A DNA stretch of 64,000 nucleotides from Octopus sinensis (Eukaryota): contig NC_042997.1 of the NCBI RefSeq assembly GCF_006345805.1, positions 55,366,001-55,430,000 on the forward strand, written 5' to 3'. The position numbers were made by a program, and so were the translations under genes. Below the pieces are notes generated by a model, which did not search any database, was not told where the DNA came from, and saw only the letters and a list, made by a program, of their open reading frames with translations. This document shows, in pieces, positions 25,401 to 39,410 of this stretch (position 1 is its first letter; each line of letters begins with the position of its first letter).

Positions 25401-26599
25401 TTAACCACTTCCAAATACCTTTTCAAGAAGCATGAATGTCAAAACTTCCGTAAATGTCGCATTCACGAGCATTCTGTAGTTATTTTAGTAGAATACACAA
25501 GTATTGACATATACGCGTCTTAAAAGCAACTGGAAATACAAACACGAGTGCGCGCACGCACGTGTGCTCACGAACATACGTTCTGGGTGTCTGTATGTAT
25601 ACATGCACATTAAACCACCATGTAGAGCAGTGAAGGTTTCTAAAATATATCGCGAATTCTTTATTTCAAGTCACCATTCACACTGATGTGTATGGATTTG
25701 TCTGCGTGTTCGTATATATGAATGTATACAAAATACACACACAGACACACATGTATGCATATACATATATGCACACATATATATGTATGTGTACATGTAC
25801 ATACATCTATGTGTACATGTATGTATAATGTATACAAACACATAAGTGTATATACATGTGCATACATACAGACATTTAATACATAGTAATCACTGATCAC
25901 CTCTAATCTAAGAGTCATATGAATAATGAGATAGAAAAAGGTGCACATGCCAAGACTCTTCTACAAAATACGTAAATTATTCCAGTCAGGTATGTTGAGA
26001 TATAGTTGAAAAAGTTAAATAATACCTTTATCAACAGCTGCACATTATTTTCTATGAGAACAGTCAACGCTATAAGTAATATTCCATAACTAATATTCTA
26101 TAAGTAATATTCCATTCAGAAGGATATGAAACTACCAGAGTAGAAGCAAAATGGTGTTGACATGATAATAATTAGTATCTAAAACGTTTTATTATCATCG
26201 AACAAACACAGTGTATACTTAATCATGGTTATCTGTTTATTTTGTTCTTGTATGCAGTCTGTCAATTTTTCCATGAACATTGTAAATACATAAAAATGAT
26301 ATATTACGAACAATAGAAAGATGGCAAAAAACAGATTTGTGCCACAGAATGTGACAAAACAAATCTGTTGACAAAACTTTCACAACGCACACACAAAAAA
26401 CAAAAAGAAAAAGCAACAGAAAAGCGTACAAATACAAAAGGGAAATTTATCGCAGTCTCCGAACCTTGCTCAGCTTAAGTGCACTAAAATTTCTTGGTAA
26501 TGTTTTTAATAACTGGAAAAGTACTATGGATAATAAAATCGGAAGAGTCAGACAAAATCTTTAGGTACATGTAAATTCGGTTCACAGTTTAATTTCCAT

Positions 26600-26830
26600 T
26601 CTAGTAAACACAGGGGAAGGAAACACACCTTAGCATATTTCCAAAAACTGGGATAAATTCGCATAGAAAATGAAAGACACAGAATAGTTTGCTGCGTATA
26701 GTGTAGAATTTGAGGCGAAGCGGAGCTGCAAACTTGGAAGCTTTTTCCCTGGGGTTGTTAATAACATCACCATCTTGACTGAGGTGAGAAATTATCAATT
26801 TTCTTAGTATTCATCTTAGAAAGCTCTGCT
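26600..26830 (-). mobile_element. Degenerate APE-type LINE ORF2 fragment (tether region)
   Basis: QDGDVINNPREKASKFAA followed after a frameshift by ASNSTL resembles the KA..FA..FASNSTL motif upstream of LINE RTs. Confidence 0.4.
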
Positions 26831-27739
26831 GGGGAGCTGGCTTGAAGGCTGTATAATGCATACGTATTTTCATATAACCATACATGTATGGCGTCTTAGC
26901 ATCAACAATAAATGTCGAATAAACACTTCCCAACCAACAAACCAACGTCAGAGATTCACATCAGCACAGTGTACCATTAAGCCATAGACCCAATTACAGC
27001 TTTCAGGGTCATTTCCCCGCGCATTGTCCCCATCAGTCAACAAGTCCTTTACAGATATCGAGTGTATTGCCCCTCATTTATAAAAAATATATTGATAAGC
27101 ACTATGGTTAGATTTTTACGAAATGAGCGAATAATACGTCAACTAGATATTGTTCAAAAACAGTTATCATAACGTCTACTGTTATGGAAAAGAATCATAC
27201 ACAGAAAAGATTATGATATAAAAAAGGAAACTTGCGCGAAGGAAAATATATACAACAAAATTATACTGAGCCTACAGCGATTACATCATTAATATATTGC
27301 TAAATTAGCTAAAACTAGGAAACTCGGTTGCAAAATTGCATTAACTCAGTAATATTGACTGTATGGAAAATTTTAAAGAAAAGGCACATGCGGTCACCGT
27401 TTTTACATCAACAAACTAATTTTGTGCTAAAACGTGAGAGGTAAATAAATCACGAGATTACGTCTACCACAACGCACACATAAAAATATGCCACTGCACG
27501 AACACATCCATCAATCCGTCTGTCCATCCGTCCGAACGTCCGTCCATCTGTCTGTCCATGTATCTATCGATCCAACTGTCATCCATCCATCCATCTTCCT
27601 CATGCACACACATTTTCTCGTATGTTGGCTACTTTATAGCTTCTTTAATTGCTATTCCCTTTTATTGTGTATGCGTATTTTTACGATTAAGTGTACACGT
27701 AAACTCCAAGATAAGTAATATACAAAGGATAATACTGAG

Positions 27740-27920
27740 AATTTGGTGCATGAGGTCTAGTCGATTTAATCGACCTCAGCACTTGACTGGTGTTTTATTT
27801 TATGAATACCAGAGAAACGGAAGGCAAAGTTAAACTTTGTGGTATTTTAACTTTGAACGGAAAGATCTGGAACAAATATGGCAAAATATTTTGTCCGAGG
27901 ATCTAAGAATTTTGCCCATC
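27740..27920 (-). mobile_element. SINE-A, decayed
   Basis: tagtcgatttaatcgacctcagcacttgactggtg..ggcaaagttaaactttgtggtattttaactttgaac. Confidence 0.7.
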
Positions 27921-30900
27921 CAACCCTGTAATATTAGAACCAGAAGACGTATATTTCAAAATAAAAATCAGAACTGTAAGCTCATACAGGATTGTTTAGA
28001 TGTGTTTCTTTAAGATAACTGCAGAACAAACAATATGGTGACTGAAGATTAAGAAAGTAAGAAAGAAAGAAAGAAACAAACAAACAAAGAAGAAAGAAAG
28101 AAAGAAAGAAGCAGAGTCTAGCTTTTTGCCAAAAAGCTCGTTATCAAGAACACTGTCCTTAAGATAGTAAAACATCTGAGAATATGACTGGACTCTAAGA
28201 AGATGCTTATCTTTTTGTCCCTTCTTCAGGAATATTAGAATCACAGTCCCTTGCCAATGTTTCATCTGCTATAGCTGATGTCATTACAATATCGACTACA
28301 AACTTGCCCTTACAATATCGCTAAAAACTGAAGTCATAACAAATTAGACTTGATCTGGAATATTCCAGAGTAACAGCTTACCTAAAATACTGTTTGTCAG
28401 GGCAGTGACCGGCTTGTCAGTTCTGTTGAATAAATGTCAAGGCAAGGTATTCGGTCACACAGGAAAGAAAGAATAATTAATGCCATTCAGATGATTTTTT
28501 TTTGTCTACGACAATAAGCTGTTTGCCAGTACAATCTACATCGCCAAAAAGAGAGTTAGAATTGGTTGCAATATCTACATCACCCTTAGAAATGAAGTTT
28601 GGTTTGGGTAGGTAGTTAATTTTAAATCGATCAAATATTGTTGATAAAACAAGGAATATGGATATTAACCTAATGACGAATGCTATAAATATCAACGATG
28701 TTTCATTCGTCATTAAAACCAGATAATTCCGCAGACTTTGCAAAACTGTTACATATGTTAAGTACTCTAAGTAAAGCTAGTTACTTCAATAAGCTTCATG
28801 CAACTTCTGTAAATGTTAGAGATTAAAAAAAATATTTCAGCAGACTCGGGAAGATATAGAAGTTAGAACTGTTACGATTCAATAGGACTATCTCAAGTTT
28901 ATGCGATACCAGTATTAGTGGGATGTTTCGCTTAACTTGGATGTCAAGACTAAATTATTAACAATGCTGGTAACTTCCAAATCAACAATGAATAGACAGG
29001 GTTTATGTTGGGCGGTCAGTCCAAATGGTTTTCGAATGACGCATTGTATCCCACCAACAAAACAAATTGCACTACAAAAGAAGAAATGAGTACAACGAAT
29101 GTGTATTCAAAAGTTAAAGCAATACTGTCAGTTGAGAACTACTAAACACGTAAGCTGAGTGCGTAGATGTTCACTGTGATCTCCCAGGGTAGCTGGACTA
29201 GGTGAACAGAAAATTAGAGGATAAATACTCATCATATCAGTAAAATACGCAGGGTACACATGTGTACTTGATGAGGATAACAACAGCATTGACAGAAAGA
29301 GTAGCCTTTCCTACAGCTGTGATATATACCTTACAAGCAGCCTAGCCTAGAAGTAAATATCTTTGCGATATAAGACAACCAAATATGTGATGAACAAAAT
29401 ACATAATACCGCCAAACACCATGTTGTGATAGAAAATGTCGAATCAGTGTGGAAGGTATCCTCAGTATCGAAAGTAGCTTCACCATAATGTTTGCAATGT
29501 ACGAATTTTCCACGAGACATTGTTCCCCAAATTATTTACAATACTATTCATAAGAAAGGTCATTATCATTACACATCAGGCAAACCAGAACCAAAGTGCC
29601 GCACATCTTTGAAAATAAAGAATACTCGTGGAACCTCCTAATGAAAACAGAAATACAGTGGCCCAAATGCAACACAGATTATATATTGGTGTGAAGGTAT
29701 GCTGTATGCTTTTATAATTCACTTGAAAAAGCAAAAAATATACATACTTGTGTCACTATCCCCACATGCGAATTTAGAGGGATCATGCTTGTTTATCTTG
29801 TTTCAATGTGTAAACTTTGTCATATGGCGGCAAACAAGAAAATGAATTGTTCAGTGAGGCAAAAACATACTCTGTTGTAAATATTAGCTGCTCAGTAGGT
29901 ATGAGTGTCTTATACAAAGTAGAGGCAAAAATTAAACATGCACAATGAACAACTGGCAGCTTAAACACTTCCACCCTGGCTAAAACTCTGATGTATACGT
30001 ATAATCAGAAAATATATATAATACATAACAGCATATTTATATAAAAACCTGAAAATTCTAGAAGTTTCGGAGATAGAACAACAAAAGCTAGCACGCTTCC
30101 TCCTAATTCAATAAATTAGTGTCACTGAAAATTTGCAAAACTTTCTGAGGTCCTCTGAATGAACATATCACATGTGATCGTTCTGCATACGCATACATTC
30201 AGCTAAGCACACACTCGTTTAATAAAGTGACATTATGTCACTATGTCCACAAACGTATATTCACACATGGACTCACAACTTTACCAATCATTGAAATTGT
30301 TTGTTTGACTCAAAGTAGGTTTGTCACTTTGTTCAATTTAAAATTCTGAGAATTTAAATAAAACTTTAAAATCGCATAGAAATATAGCTGTTGCATTTAG
30401 TGTAACATGCAGTATAGAACATTCATAGCTCCTAGTTTCAATATTCAACTAAAATATTTCACAACATGTATAATCTCTCACATGAAAAGTAATGAAAAAA
30501 TTATAACTTAAAGCAGTGTTCCTCTTCCCTATAAATTAGAAGTGCATTACACAGATAGAAAGTGTTATAATAACAGAATCATAGTAATAGAAGTAGTAAA
30601 CTAAGAAGAAGCCTTACACTAATAGAAGGTATCATAGAAATAGTTTATCATAATAGATAGATGGGAACTTATTTAGCTCCAGATCAACCCTGATTCAGTA
30701 AACCTATGATGAAATATTCTAAATGGTATTTTTAGGGTTGTGTAGGGCTACAATATCTGTCTTTCCTTTTATTGAAGATGGTAAGGTGTAATTTCAGTTT
30801 GATCTTGTCACTATTTCTAGCACGTTGATCGATCACGTAGAGGCTCCTTCACTGGCTTGAGGAATAAGAAGTGTTATAATAATTGGAAATGTTATAGGAA

Positions 30901-32928
30901 CTGGAAGTTTAGCATTGTTAGTATTCAAATTTCACCTAATGAACACTGAATTCTTTACTCTCTGAATAATTATACTCCTCTAAAGTGTTACAGTGTTAGA
31001 TAGAAGATCATCTGGATAGCCGTGAGCAAATTCTTCTTCTATTCCGACCAGTTGTTGAAGCTAGATCCATTATTTAAAATTTTAAATCTTTCTTTAATTA
31101 TACATGTATAGTGAGAAGGTGTAGTACTAACACGTGCATACCTTTGATATACACCGTGTACTGATTATACGATAGTATAACAAAAGTATGTTCTTTTCTT
31201 AAAGCAACAACGTGACACAATGAAGAAACGTTACCCATTTTCAGTGCTATTACATAATTGTATGTGTAATAAATGTTTTCGAAAAATATTCCAAGTTCAT
31301 TAAATACATTAGAAATATTGATTGATCCATTTATAATTTGATTGAGAAATGATTACGGGAAAATGATACACAACTATCTATGAGTATACATAATGATGTT
31401 GATGCATACTATTGAAATATACATATATGTCTTCAATACATTTCCTTGTTTGCTGCCATCTTAAACATACAATTTACACATTAAAATAGGATAAACAAAC
31501 TTGATCTCTTCTAGTTCGCATATGGTGACGCAACTATGTATATATTTTCTTTCGCAGGTGAAATATAAATGCATACATCACACACGCGCACATATATAAT
31601 GTATACATATATATTTACAGGAATCTATATAAATATGCGTATTTATGTCTTTGGGAGTATGCATATGAATAAATATATTTTTGCATTCATTTATCTGAAT
31701 TCGATACTTATTCAATATATACACACACACAAATACAAGCACACACATATGACTGTATGTGTGTGCTCGCGTGCGTGTGTTCGAGTGCGCGTGTGTAAGA
31801 GGTAAGCTTATACAAAAATGTCCCTGTAGGTGTGAGTATTTGTTAGTGTTCGCTCTTTACTTACTGAGATAAAAACGATCGACTCGGTTACTGGCAATCG
31901 GATACTTTACAAACAGTCTCGCAATATTTTGATGAGAAAGATTGTGCTGATGAAAGGCTGTGTGAAAAACAACAGAAGTGTGGATAACAATCCGAAAAAT
32001 ATCAATTTGTTTTAACAGTGCTTTTGCTTCTCGTAAATACTGAATTATCATGTCTGCTCCATTTTGTAGCCATATACCTTTCCATCCGAAAAATGTCTCA
32101 AGTGTTTTCAAGCTACTAATAGAATTTTTTTAAAGAGAATGTACTCTTTACATTATCTTATTTAAATGACACCTTATATGTTATATCTTCCCTCAGTGAA
32201 CTTATGTACCACTTAAAGATAGTATTTAGACACTTAATTAAATTTGCCCTCAAGTTAATGTTTGTGTAGTTTTCGGCTTGCACGACAGAGAAGAAAAGTA
32301 TAAAAATAAAAACCGGATTGTAGAAAAGTCAACATTAGTTTTTCTGCTTTCAGTATTTTCTTCTGTCAAACAAGAACATTTTTATTTGTTCTTCAGGTTC
32401 ATTCAAAAGATTTATATGACTCCTTCGTATTTGAAATTATTTCAATCAAGTAATTATTCTTAGTGCTTTTGTAAAATCCTCATGCATTTTTTAACGTTCC
32501 ATCCGAAACCTACTGGCTATAGTTATTCCGAGTTTGTTCATGCTACGACACCTTTCATTCTTCCTTCAGTCATACTTAACGTTTCTCTGTAGCAGGTATG
32601 ATTGATGTACGGTGAACGAAAGCTAGCTGCGCTGATTATATAAGGCAAATGACAAAGAGAAATGTAAAATTTGTTAATTAACTCTTGAAAGCAATAAATG
32701 GCAGACAAGTACGTTAGATAACAAAGGCTAGAAGATTACATTGGGTAGAATAATTGACAAAAGTGGAAACTTAATGAGAGTTGCTTCAACAAACAGCATC
32801 TAGTGAAACCAACTTTCAACTAGTTTCTGCAAAAGATTTTTATAAAAGCCTATATGGTTAGGCAATCTGACGTTTGCTAGGTTTTTGGATTTTAGTCGTC
32901 GTCAGCGTCGTCGTCCTCTTCCTCCACA

Positions 32929-32983
<55 letters not shown>

Positions 32984-33019
32984 ATAATAATAATAATAAT
33001 AATAATAACAATAATAATG

Positions 33020-33100
33020 GCTTCAAATTTTTACCACAAGGGCAGTAATTTTGGGATAGGGGATGAGTCGACTACATCGACTCCAGTGTTCGACTGGTAC
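33020..33100 (-). mobile_element. SINE-A 3' fragment in (AAT)n
   Basis: tggcttcaaatttttaccacaagggcagtaattttggg..gtcgactacatcgactccagtg..ctggtac. Confidence 0.75.
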
Positions 33101-33111
33101 TGATGATGATG

Positions 33112-33148
<37 letters not shown>

Positions 33149-33170
33149 TAATAATAATAATAATAATAAT

Positions 33171-33200
33171 AAAATTTGAAGAAAGAAGGAAAAAACATAA
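33171..33200 (+). mobile_element. 30-bp Dong 3'-terminal fragment
   Basis: aaaatttgaagaaagaaggaaaaaacataa is identical to 34977-35006. Confidence 0.7.
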
Positions 33201-33218
33201 TGATAATAATAAAAATAA

Positions 33219-33266
<48 letters not shown>

Positions 33267-33268
<2 letters not shown>

Positions 33269-33698
33269 CACAGATTTGCTTGTCAGTTGTTTGACCTTAA
33301 CCAGTTGAGCATGTCCCTTAGTGGCTGACGATATGTGCATCTCTGATCACGAGCAGAAGTAGTGGGGGAGCATCATAGCCATGTGTTGAGAGGGATTCTT
33401 TGGGGTTTGAATAATTCACCTCTGGAAACATGGGTGGTTCTTTCAATATCCTTAAACAACCCTTATTCAGGGACCTTTTGAGCGGGATGGGCTACTCAAC
33501 CTGAAGAAAATTCTAACTGGGCCCCTCCTGCAAGGTCATGTGCTGTTTATCTTGATATGAGATCACCATGTCGCGCACATATGGTTGTGATGCATGTGCC
33601 TGGTGTACCCTTATCAGACGGGTAGTCATGATGGGTATATTGGGCTTCGTATATTTTACCCCAGTGTCACTTTGATGGCATGCACTGCTCTCTCACTC
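33267..33698 (+). mobile_element. Unclassified 432-bp insertion flanked by (AAT)n on both sides
   Basis: Relatively GC-rich unique island, no listed ORF, ends ctctctcactc-(aat)n. Confidence 0.5.
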
Positions 33699-33741
33699 AA
33701 TAATAATAATAATAATAATAATAACCACAATAATAACAATC

Positions 33742-33925
33742 CTTTCTACTATAGGTACAAGGTCTGAAATTTAGGGGAGGGGACTAGTCGATTACATCGA
33801 CCACAGTGTTCCACTGGTACTTAATTTATCGACCCCGAAAGGATGAAAGGCAAGTCTACCTTGGTGGAATTTGAACTCAGAACGTTGCTACAGACGAAAT
33901 ATCGCTAAGCATTTCACCCGATGAA
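33742..33925 (-). mobile_element. SINE-A in (AAT)n
   Basis: Body tttctactataggtacaagg..gtcgattacatcgacc..ggatgaaaggcaag..tttgaactcagaac..gctaagcatttcacccg. Confidence 0.85.
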
Positions 33926-33928
33926 ATG

Positions 33929-33996
<68 letters not shown>

Positions 33997-33997
<1 letters not shown>

Positions 33998-35006
33998 CGC
34001 CAACTGCAGCTGCAAAGAAAATAATATTAATTGCAAAGACAAAAGCACATGGAAATTTAGCTAGCAGATGAGAACAGAAACCTTTCCATGGCAAGTATGT
34101 GGCCCGTAGCAAACAAGCTGATGTCGACCAGAAACACACGCACCAATGGTTACGAAGTTCGGGGCTAAAAGCAGAGAGTGAAGGTTTCATATTAGCTGCT
34201 CAAGACCAAAGCTTATTTACCCGGAACTACCAAGTCAATGTGATAAAAAATGGAGCTGACCCAAAATGCCGATTGTGTAACGATGAGATTGAAACAATAG
34301 ACCACCTAATCTCAGGGTGTAGAGTCTTAGCACCTGCAGAATATAAAGCAAGACATGACGGAGTCGGCCAGTATTTACACTGGACAATATGTCGGCATTA
34401 TAAAATCAAAACCGCTGACAAATGGTATAAACATCATCCTGAAGCTGTGACTGAGGGAGAAAATGTGTCGATTCTATGGGACTTCCCCGTGCAGATCGAC
34501 AGGACTATAAAAGCCAATAAATCGGATATCATTATAAAAGATCAGACAAAAAGGATGTGTTTATTAATTGACATGAGTATTCCCTGTGATCACAATATAG
34601 CGGCGAAAGAATTTGACAAGATTAGTAAATATAAAGACCTGCTAATGGAAATTGAAAAAATGTGGCATCTCAAGACGACTACAGTACCAGTGGTTGTAGG
34701 ATCTCTAGGAATGATAAAAAAAGGTACTGAAACCTATTTGAAAATGATTCCAGGCTTACCATCCCTACAGGAAGTGCAAAAAATCGTATTAACTGGAACG
34801 GCTCATGTACTGAGAAGAGCACTATCGTTGTGAAAATAACATCCATCCATGAATTTATTTATTTATTAATTTTTAAATGCATATTTTATCTGTGAATTTG
34901 CGCGTGTAATCTGGGAATGCATACAATGCCCTTCTCTGCCCTAGGTGTATGGAAAACACTCGGCGAGAAACGGAAGAAAATTTGAAGAAAGAAGGAAAAA
35001 ACATAA
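33997..35006 (+). mobile_element. 5'-truncated R4/Dong-clade retrotransposon (CCHC plus RLE domain and 3' UTR)
   Basis: ORF 34099-34833: CRLC..ETIDHLISGC, KSDIIIKD, LIDMSIP, KISKYKDL; flanked by (AAT)n at both ends. Confidence 0.92.
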
Positions 35007-35007
35007 C

Positions 35008-35080
<73 letters not shown>

Positions 35081-35214
35081 CTGCTGTGACTACACATAAA
35101 ACAATATCATTGATGATGATGGTGGTGATGGTGATGGTGATGATGATGATGATGATGGTAATGGTGATGATAATGATGATAGTGATGGTAATGGTGATGA
35201 TAATAACAATAATA

Positions 35215-38200
35215 AGCCGACTACGGCTGCTATAATGGTACGATTATAATTGTAACGGCAATGATGGCCGTCTCCCCACGAGCCAATCAAAGCTAAAAAA
35301 TGATAACATTATCGTAGCACCAAAATGTTTTTGGAAACTAAAAGGAAAACTAAATCAGTATACCAAATCGCTTGTCCTATGGTTAATCTGGAAGCGCGTC
35401 CCCCAGGGAAGAGCCAGCCTGGGATCGAAAAGTCATCAACTGGCACAAACTCTTCTCCGAATACGGACATGGATGGTCACTTGAACGGGAAATCCCCCAA
35501 CTCGAGCCCTCCAAGTTCACCACCACAACCACCACAGAAAGAAAAATGTAAGCGGAACAAATGGACCCGAGAAGAGTATAAAGAAGTAATATACGCTTAT
35601 TACTATGCATTAGATAGGCCATCTCAAGAGAGACACACCGCAAACTCTTACAGTATATGGAGAACACGGAATCAAGACAGTAGGCCCTATTTGGACGAAA
35701 ACAAATTAGCAAATGTGAGGAGGGATATCCTTAGAAATAACAGACTGACAGACAGTGAAATAAGCGCGATCAAGCACGCAACGGAAAATGACATAAATAT
35801 AAGACACAAAGGAAATGAAGAATCAGATGAACAGTATAGCCCGCCACGAGGCTTAGTTGAAAGACTGCCACCTGACCAAAGTACGCAAAGGCCTGAAGAT
35901 ACAAGAAATTCTATTGTACCTGTTAAAGATAGCCAGGAAAACGAAAAAACAACAGTAACTGAAGATCTCACATTTGCTGAAGAACTCAGAGAGTCTATGG
36001 CAGAAATGAGGCAGAAAATCCTGAATACGCTTGAAGTTGTAAGACATACAAGTATGAATGATAGAGAACCACTTCATAAACTCTCAAATACAAGCCAAAA
36101 TAAAAACAAATCCAAATTGGCAACTATGTAACAAATGAAATAATACGAGAATTAAAACCTGATTTTACTGAGTTAAATGAAATTATTTACGCGTCTGCTA
36201 GGGCAATTGAAACCAGCTGTATGCCCCCGAAAAAACAAAGCAAACAAAACCTGGGAAGAAATCAAACCTGGAGAAGTAAAATTGAAAAAGAGATTGAATT
36301 TATGAGAGGGGAAATATCAATATTAAATGAACTAATATGTGGAAATGATGTAAGATCCAGAACAGGAAGAAAGATGAAGAGAAAATTTGGATCCTCACCA
36401 AAAGAAGAACTGATATCAATAAAAGAAACGCTGAAACAAAAAGTCCAAGCAAAAGACCCAAGAATACGAAGATTTGAGAAGAGAAACAAGTTTTACAAGC
36501 AAAATAAGCTGTTCACATCCAATGCCCAAAAATTCTACAGAGAAATAGGGAAGGAGAAAGTAACCGTTAAAGACCCCCCTCCCATAGAAGAAGTTCAAAA
36601 CTTTTGGAAAAGGATTTGGAGTGACAAGAAGACGTACAACATAAATGCAGACTGGATTATACAAACTGAAGGATCCTACCAAAATTTACAACAACAAGCA
36701 TGGGAAGACATCACAATAGCAGACCTAAGAAAGGCACTCACGAAGGCCCATAATTGGAAATCCCCCGGTAAAGATAGGGTGCCGAATTTCTGGCTCGCAT
36801 CGCTCCCATGCGCACACGGTAAGCTAGTTCAGCTGCTCAATGGAATTTTGAGAGACCCAAAGAAAACACCTGAATGGTTAGCAAGTGGCATTACTTACCT
36901 ACTCCCAAAGAATAACGAAACCAACCTTCCAAAAAACTATCGGCCTATAACCTGTCTATCCACCACGTATAAAATCCTAACATCTATCCTGGCGGAGAAA
37001 ACATATGCATTCATGGAGAAGAACGATATTTTCCCCATTGAACAAAAAGGGTGCCGCCGAGGCTCTTACGGATGCAAAGATCAACTGCTAATCAATCGTA
37101 TGATCCTTGAGAACTGTCACAACAAGCGCAGAAATCTCAGCACCGCATGGATTGACTATAAAAAGGCCTTCGACAGTATACCGCATCCATGGATCTTGAG
37201 ATCGCTGGACATCTTCAAAATTTCCCCTGTGATTTCAAACTTCCTGAAGCACAATATGTCGTTGTGGAATACGAATCTCCAATTATACCACTCTAATGGA
37301 GTACTTGCCTCAGAAAATATAAACATCAACTGTGGAATTTTTCAAGGTGACTCACTTTCACCTTTAATATTCTGCATAGCCCTAATACCCCTTACAAGTG
37401 AATTAAACAGAACAGGGCATGGGTATAAAATTGCCAATAAAAAAATAAGCCATCTATTGTATATGGATGACTTAAAACTTTATGGTAAAGACAATAATGA
37501 ACTTGAAGGCCTATTGCGCACCGTGAAAGCATTCAGCGATGACATCGGGATGGAGTTTGAACTTGAGAAGTGTGCCAAGGCCACTTTCTAGAAAGGTAAA
37601 GTGAAGACCACAAATTCAGTCGTGTTAGATGTTGACACAGTCATAAGAGAGCTTGAGCAAGAACAAACATACAAATATTTAGGGATAAATGAAGGCTCTG
37701 GTATTCAGCATGCAAGCATGAAAGAGAAAATCAGGAAGGAATGTTATAGGAGAGTTCGTGCAGTCCTGAAATCTGAACTAAATGCACGTAACAAGGTGTT
37801 AGCTATAAATTCCTTAGCAGTTCCAGTTGTTACTTATAGCTACAATGTGTTGAACTGGAATATGAGTGAAGTAAAGAATATAGATAGGAAAATACGCAAG
37901 CTGCTGAGTTGTAATAGGATGCACCACCCAAAGGCAGACGTAGATCGCCTTTACCTTCCCAGAGCCCAAGGAGGTCGAGGCCTGATCCAATTTGAACTAG
38001 CTTACAAAACAACCACAATTGGACTGGCCAAATATCTCGAAATATCGAATGACTGGATGCTAAAGCTCGTGGAAAATCACGAGAGACGAAAGAAGCTTCA
38101 TTCTGTCATAAAGGAAAGCAAAAAATTTGCTATTGATCTCGTGCAGGATACCCAAACTGAACAACCCGAGGGAAGTACGGCAACTATTGTTGCAAAGAAG

Positions 38201-39172
38201 GTGAAAATGATGGCAATGAAAAAAGCGCACGAGCAATTGGCTGATAGGTGGGAGGAGAAACCTCTGCACGGCAAATATGTGACCCGCAGCAAACAAGCTT
38301 ATGTTGACCAGAAGCAAACCCATCAGTGGCTACGGAGCTCAGGGCTAAAAGCAGAGAGCAAAGGTTTCATCCTGGCTGCTCAAGATCAAAGCCTATTAAC
38401 CCGGAACTACCAGGCCTATGTGATGAAAAATGGAGCAGACCCAAAATGCCGATTCTGCAACGACATGATTGAAACAGTGGACCACCTAATCTCTGGATGT
38501 AAAGTCTTAGCACCAGTGGAGTATAAATTAAGACATGACAGAGTTGGCCAATATCTCCACTGGCTAATAAGTCGGCATTACAATATCAAAACTGCCGACA
38601 AGTGGTATAATCACCACCCTGAGGCTGTAACTGAAGGAGAAAATGTAACCATTCTGTGGGACTTTCCAGTACATACGGACCGAACCATCAAGGCCAATAA
38701 ACCAGATATTGTTGTGAAAGACCAAAACAATAAAGTTTGCTTATTGATCGACATGAGCATCCCCTGTGATCATAATATCTCAGCGAAAGAGTTTGACAAG
38801 CTCAGAAAATATAAAGACCTACTCATTGAAATTGAGAAAATGTGGCATCTCAAGGCGGTTACAATACCAGTGATCGTAGGAGCACTAGAAATGATCAAGA
38901 AGGGAACCGAAAATTATATGAGAATGATCCCTGGCTTACCATCCCTGCAAGAAGTGCAAAAGATTGTCTTAACTGGTACATCACACGTATTGAAAAGAGC
39001 ATTGTCGATGTGAGAACTGTTGCTGCTCATGTATTTTAATTTAACTTTAAAAAAAAAAAATGAACGAACTACTGAGTTTGGTTTAATGGCCTACTATGAG
39101 TTTCTTTGCCCTAGGAGTCGGGAAGACACTCGGCAAGAAATGGAAGCAAATTTGAAAGAAGAAAAAAAAAAA
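35215..39172 (+). mobile_element. Near full-length R4/Dong-clade non-LTR retrotransposon
   Basis: Single long ORF with N-terminal KWTREEYKEVIY motif, RT, CCHC and RLE; 3' UTR homologous to 34930-35006; inserted in (GAT/AAT)n and followed by (AAT)n. Confidence 0.95.
35325..39013 (+). pseudogene. Dong RT-RLE polyprotein (about 1230 aa) interrupted by one frameshift (about 36110) and one in-frame TAG (37589-37591)
   Basis: ORFs 35325-36131, 36221-37591 and 37601-39013; the last two are in the same frame; motifs KSPGKD, NYRPITCL, DYKKAFDSI, GIFQGDSLSP, YMDDLKL, CRFCNDMIETVDHLISGC, KPDIVV. Confidence 0.9.
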
Positions 39173-39194
39173 ATAATAATAATAATAATAATAC

Positions 39195-39410
39195 TTTCTG
39201 ATTTAGGTACAAGGCCAGCAATTTTGAGTAGAGGGGATAAGTTGATGCCTTCGATCCCAACACTGGGTTGGTTCTTCATTTATCGATTCCGAATTGATGA
39301 ACAGATAAGTTGACTTTGTGGGGATTTAACCTGAGAATGTAAATAGCCGAAGCATATATTGCAAGGTGATTTTTCTCAACTTTCTAACAATCTTACCAGC
39401 CTGCCACCTT
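39195..39410 (-). mobile_element. SINE-A directly after the Dong (AAT)n tail
   Basis: tttctgatttaggtacaaggccagcaattttg..aagttgactttgtggggatttaacctgag..ccagcctgccacc. Confidence 0.7.

Larger units (their letters stand above)
32928..35212. repeat. (ACT)n/(AAT)n/(GAT)n microsatellite complex split by multiple insertions
   Basis: Direct inspection. Confidence 0.95.

Noticed and set aside
33325-33520. CTGACGA and CTGAAGA heptamers in the 432-bp orphan
   Set aside because: No stem II followed by GAAA; chance occurrences.
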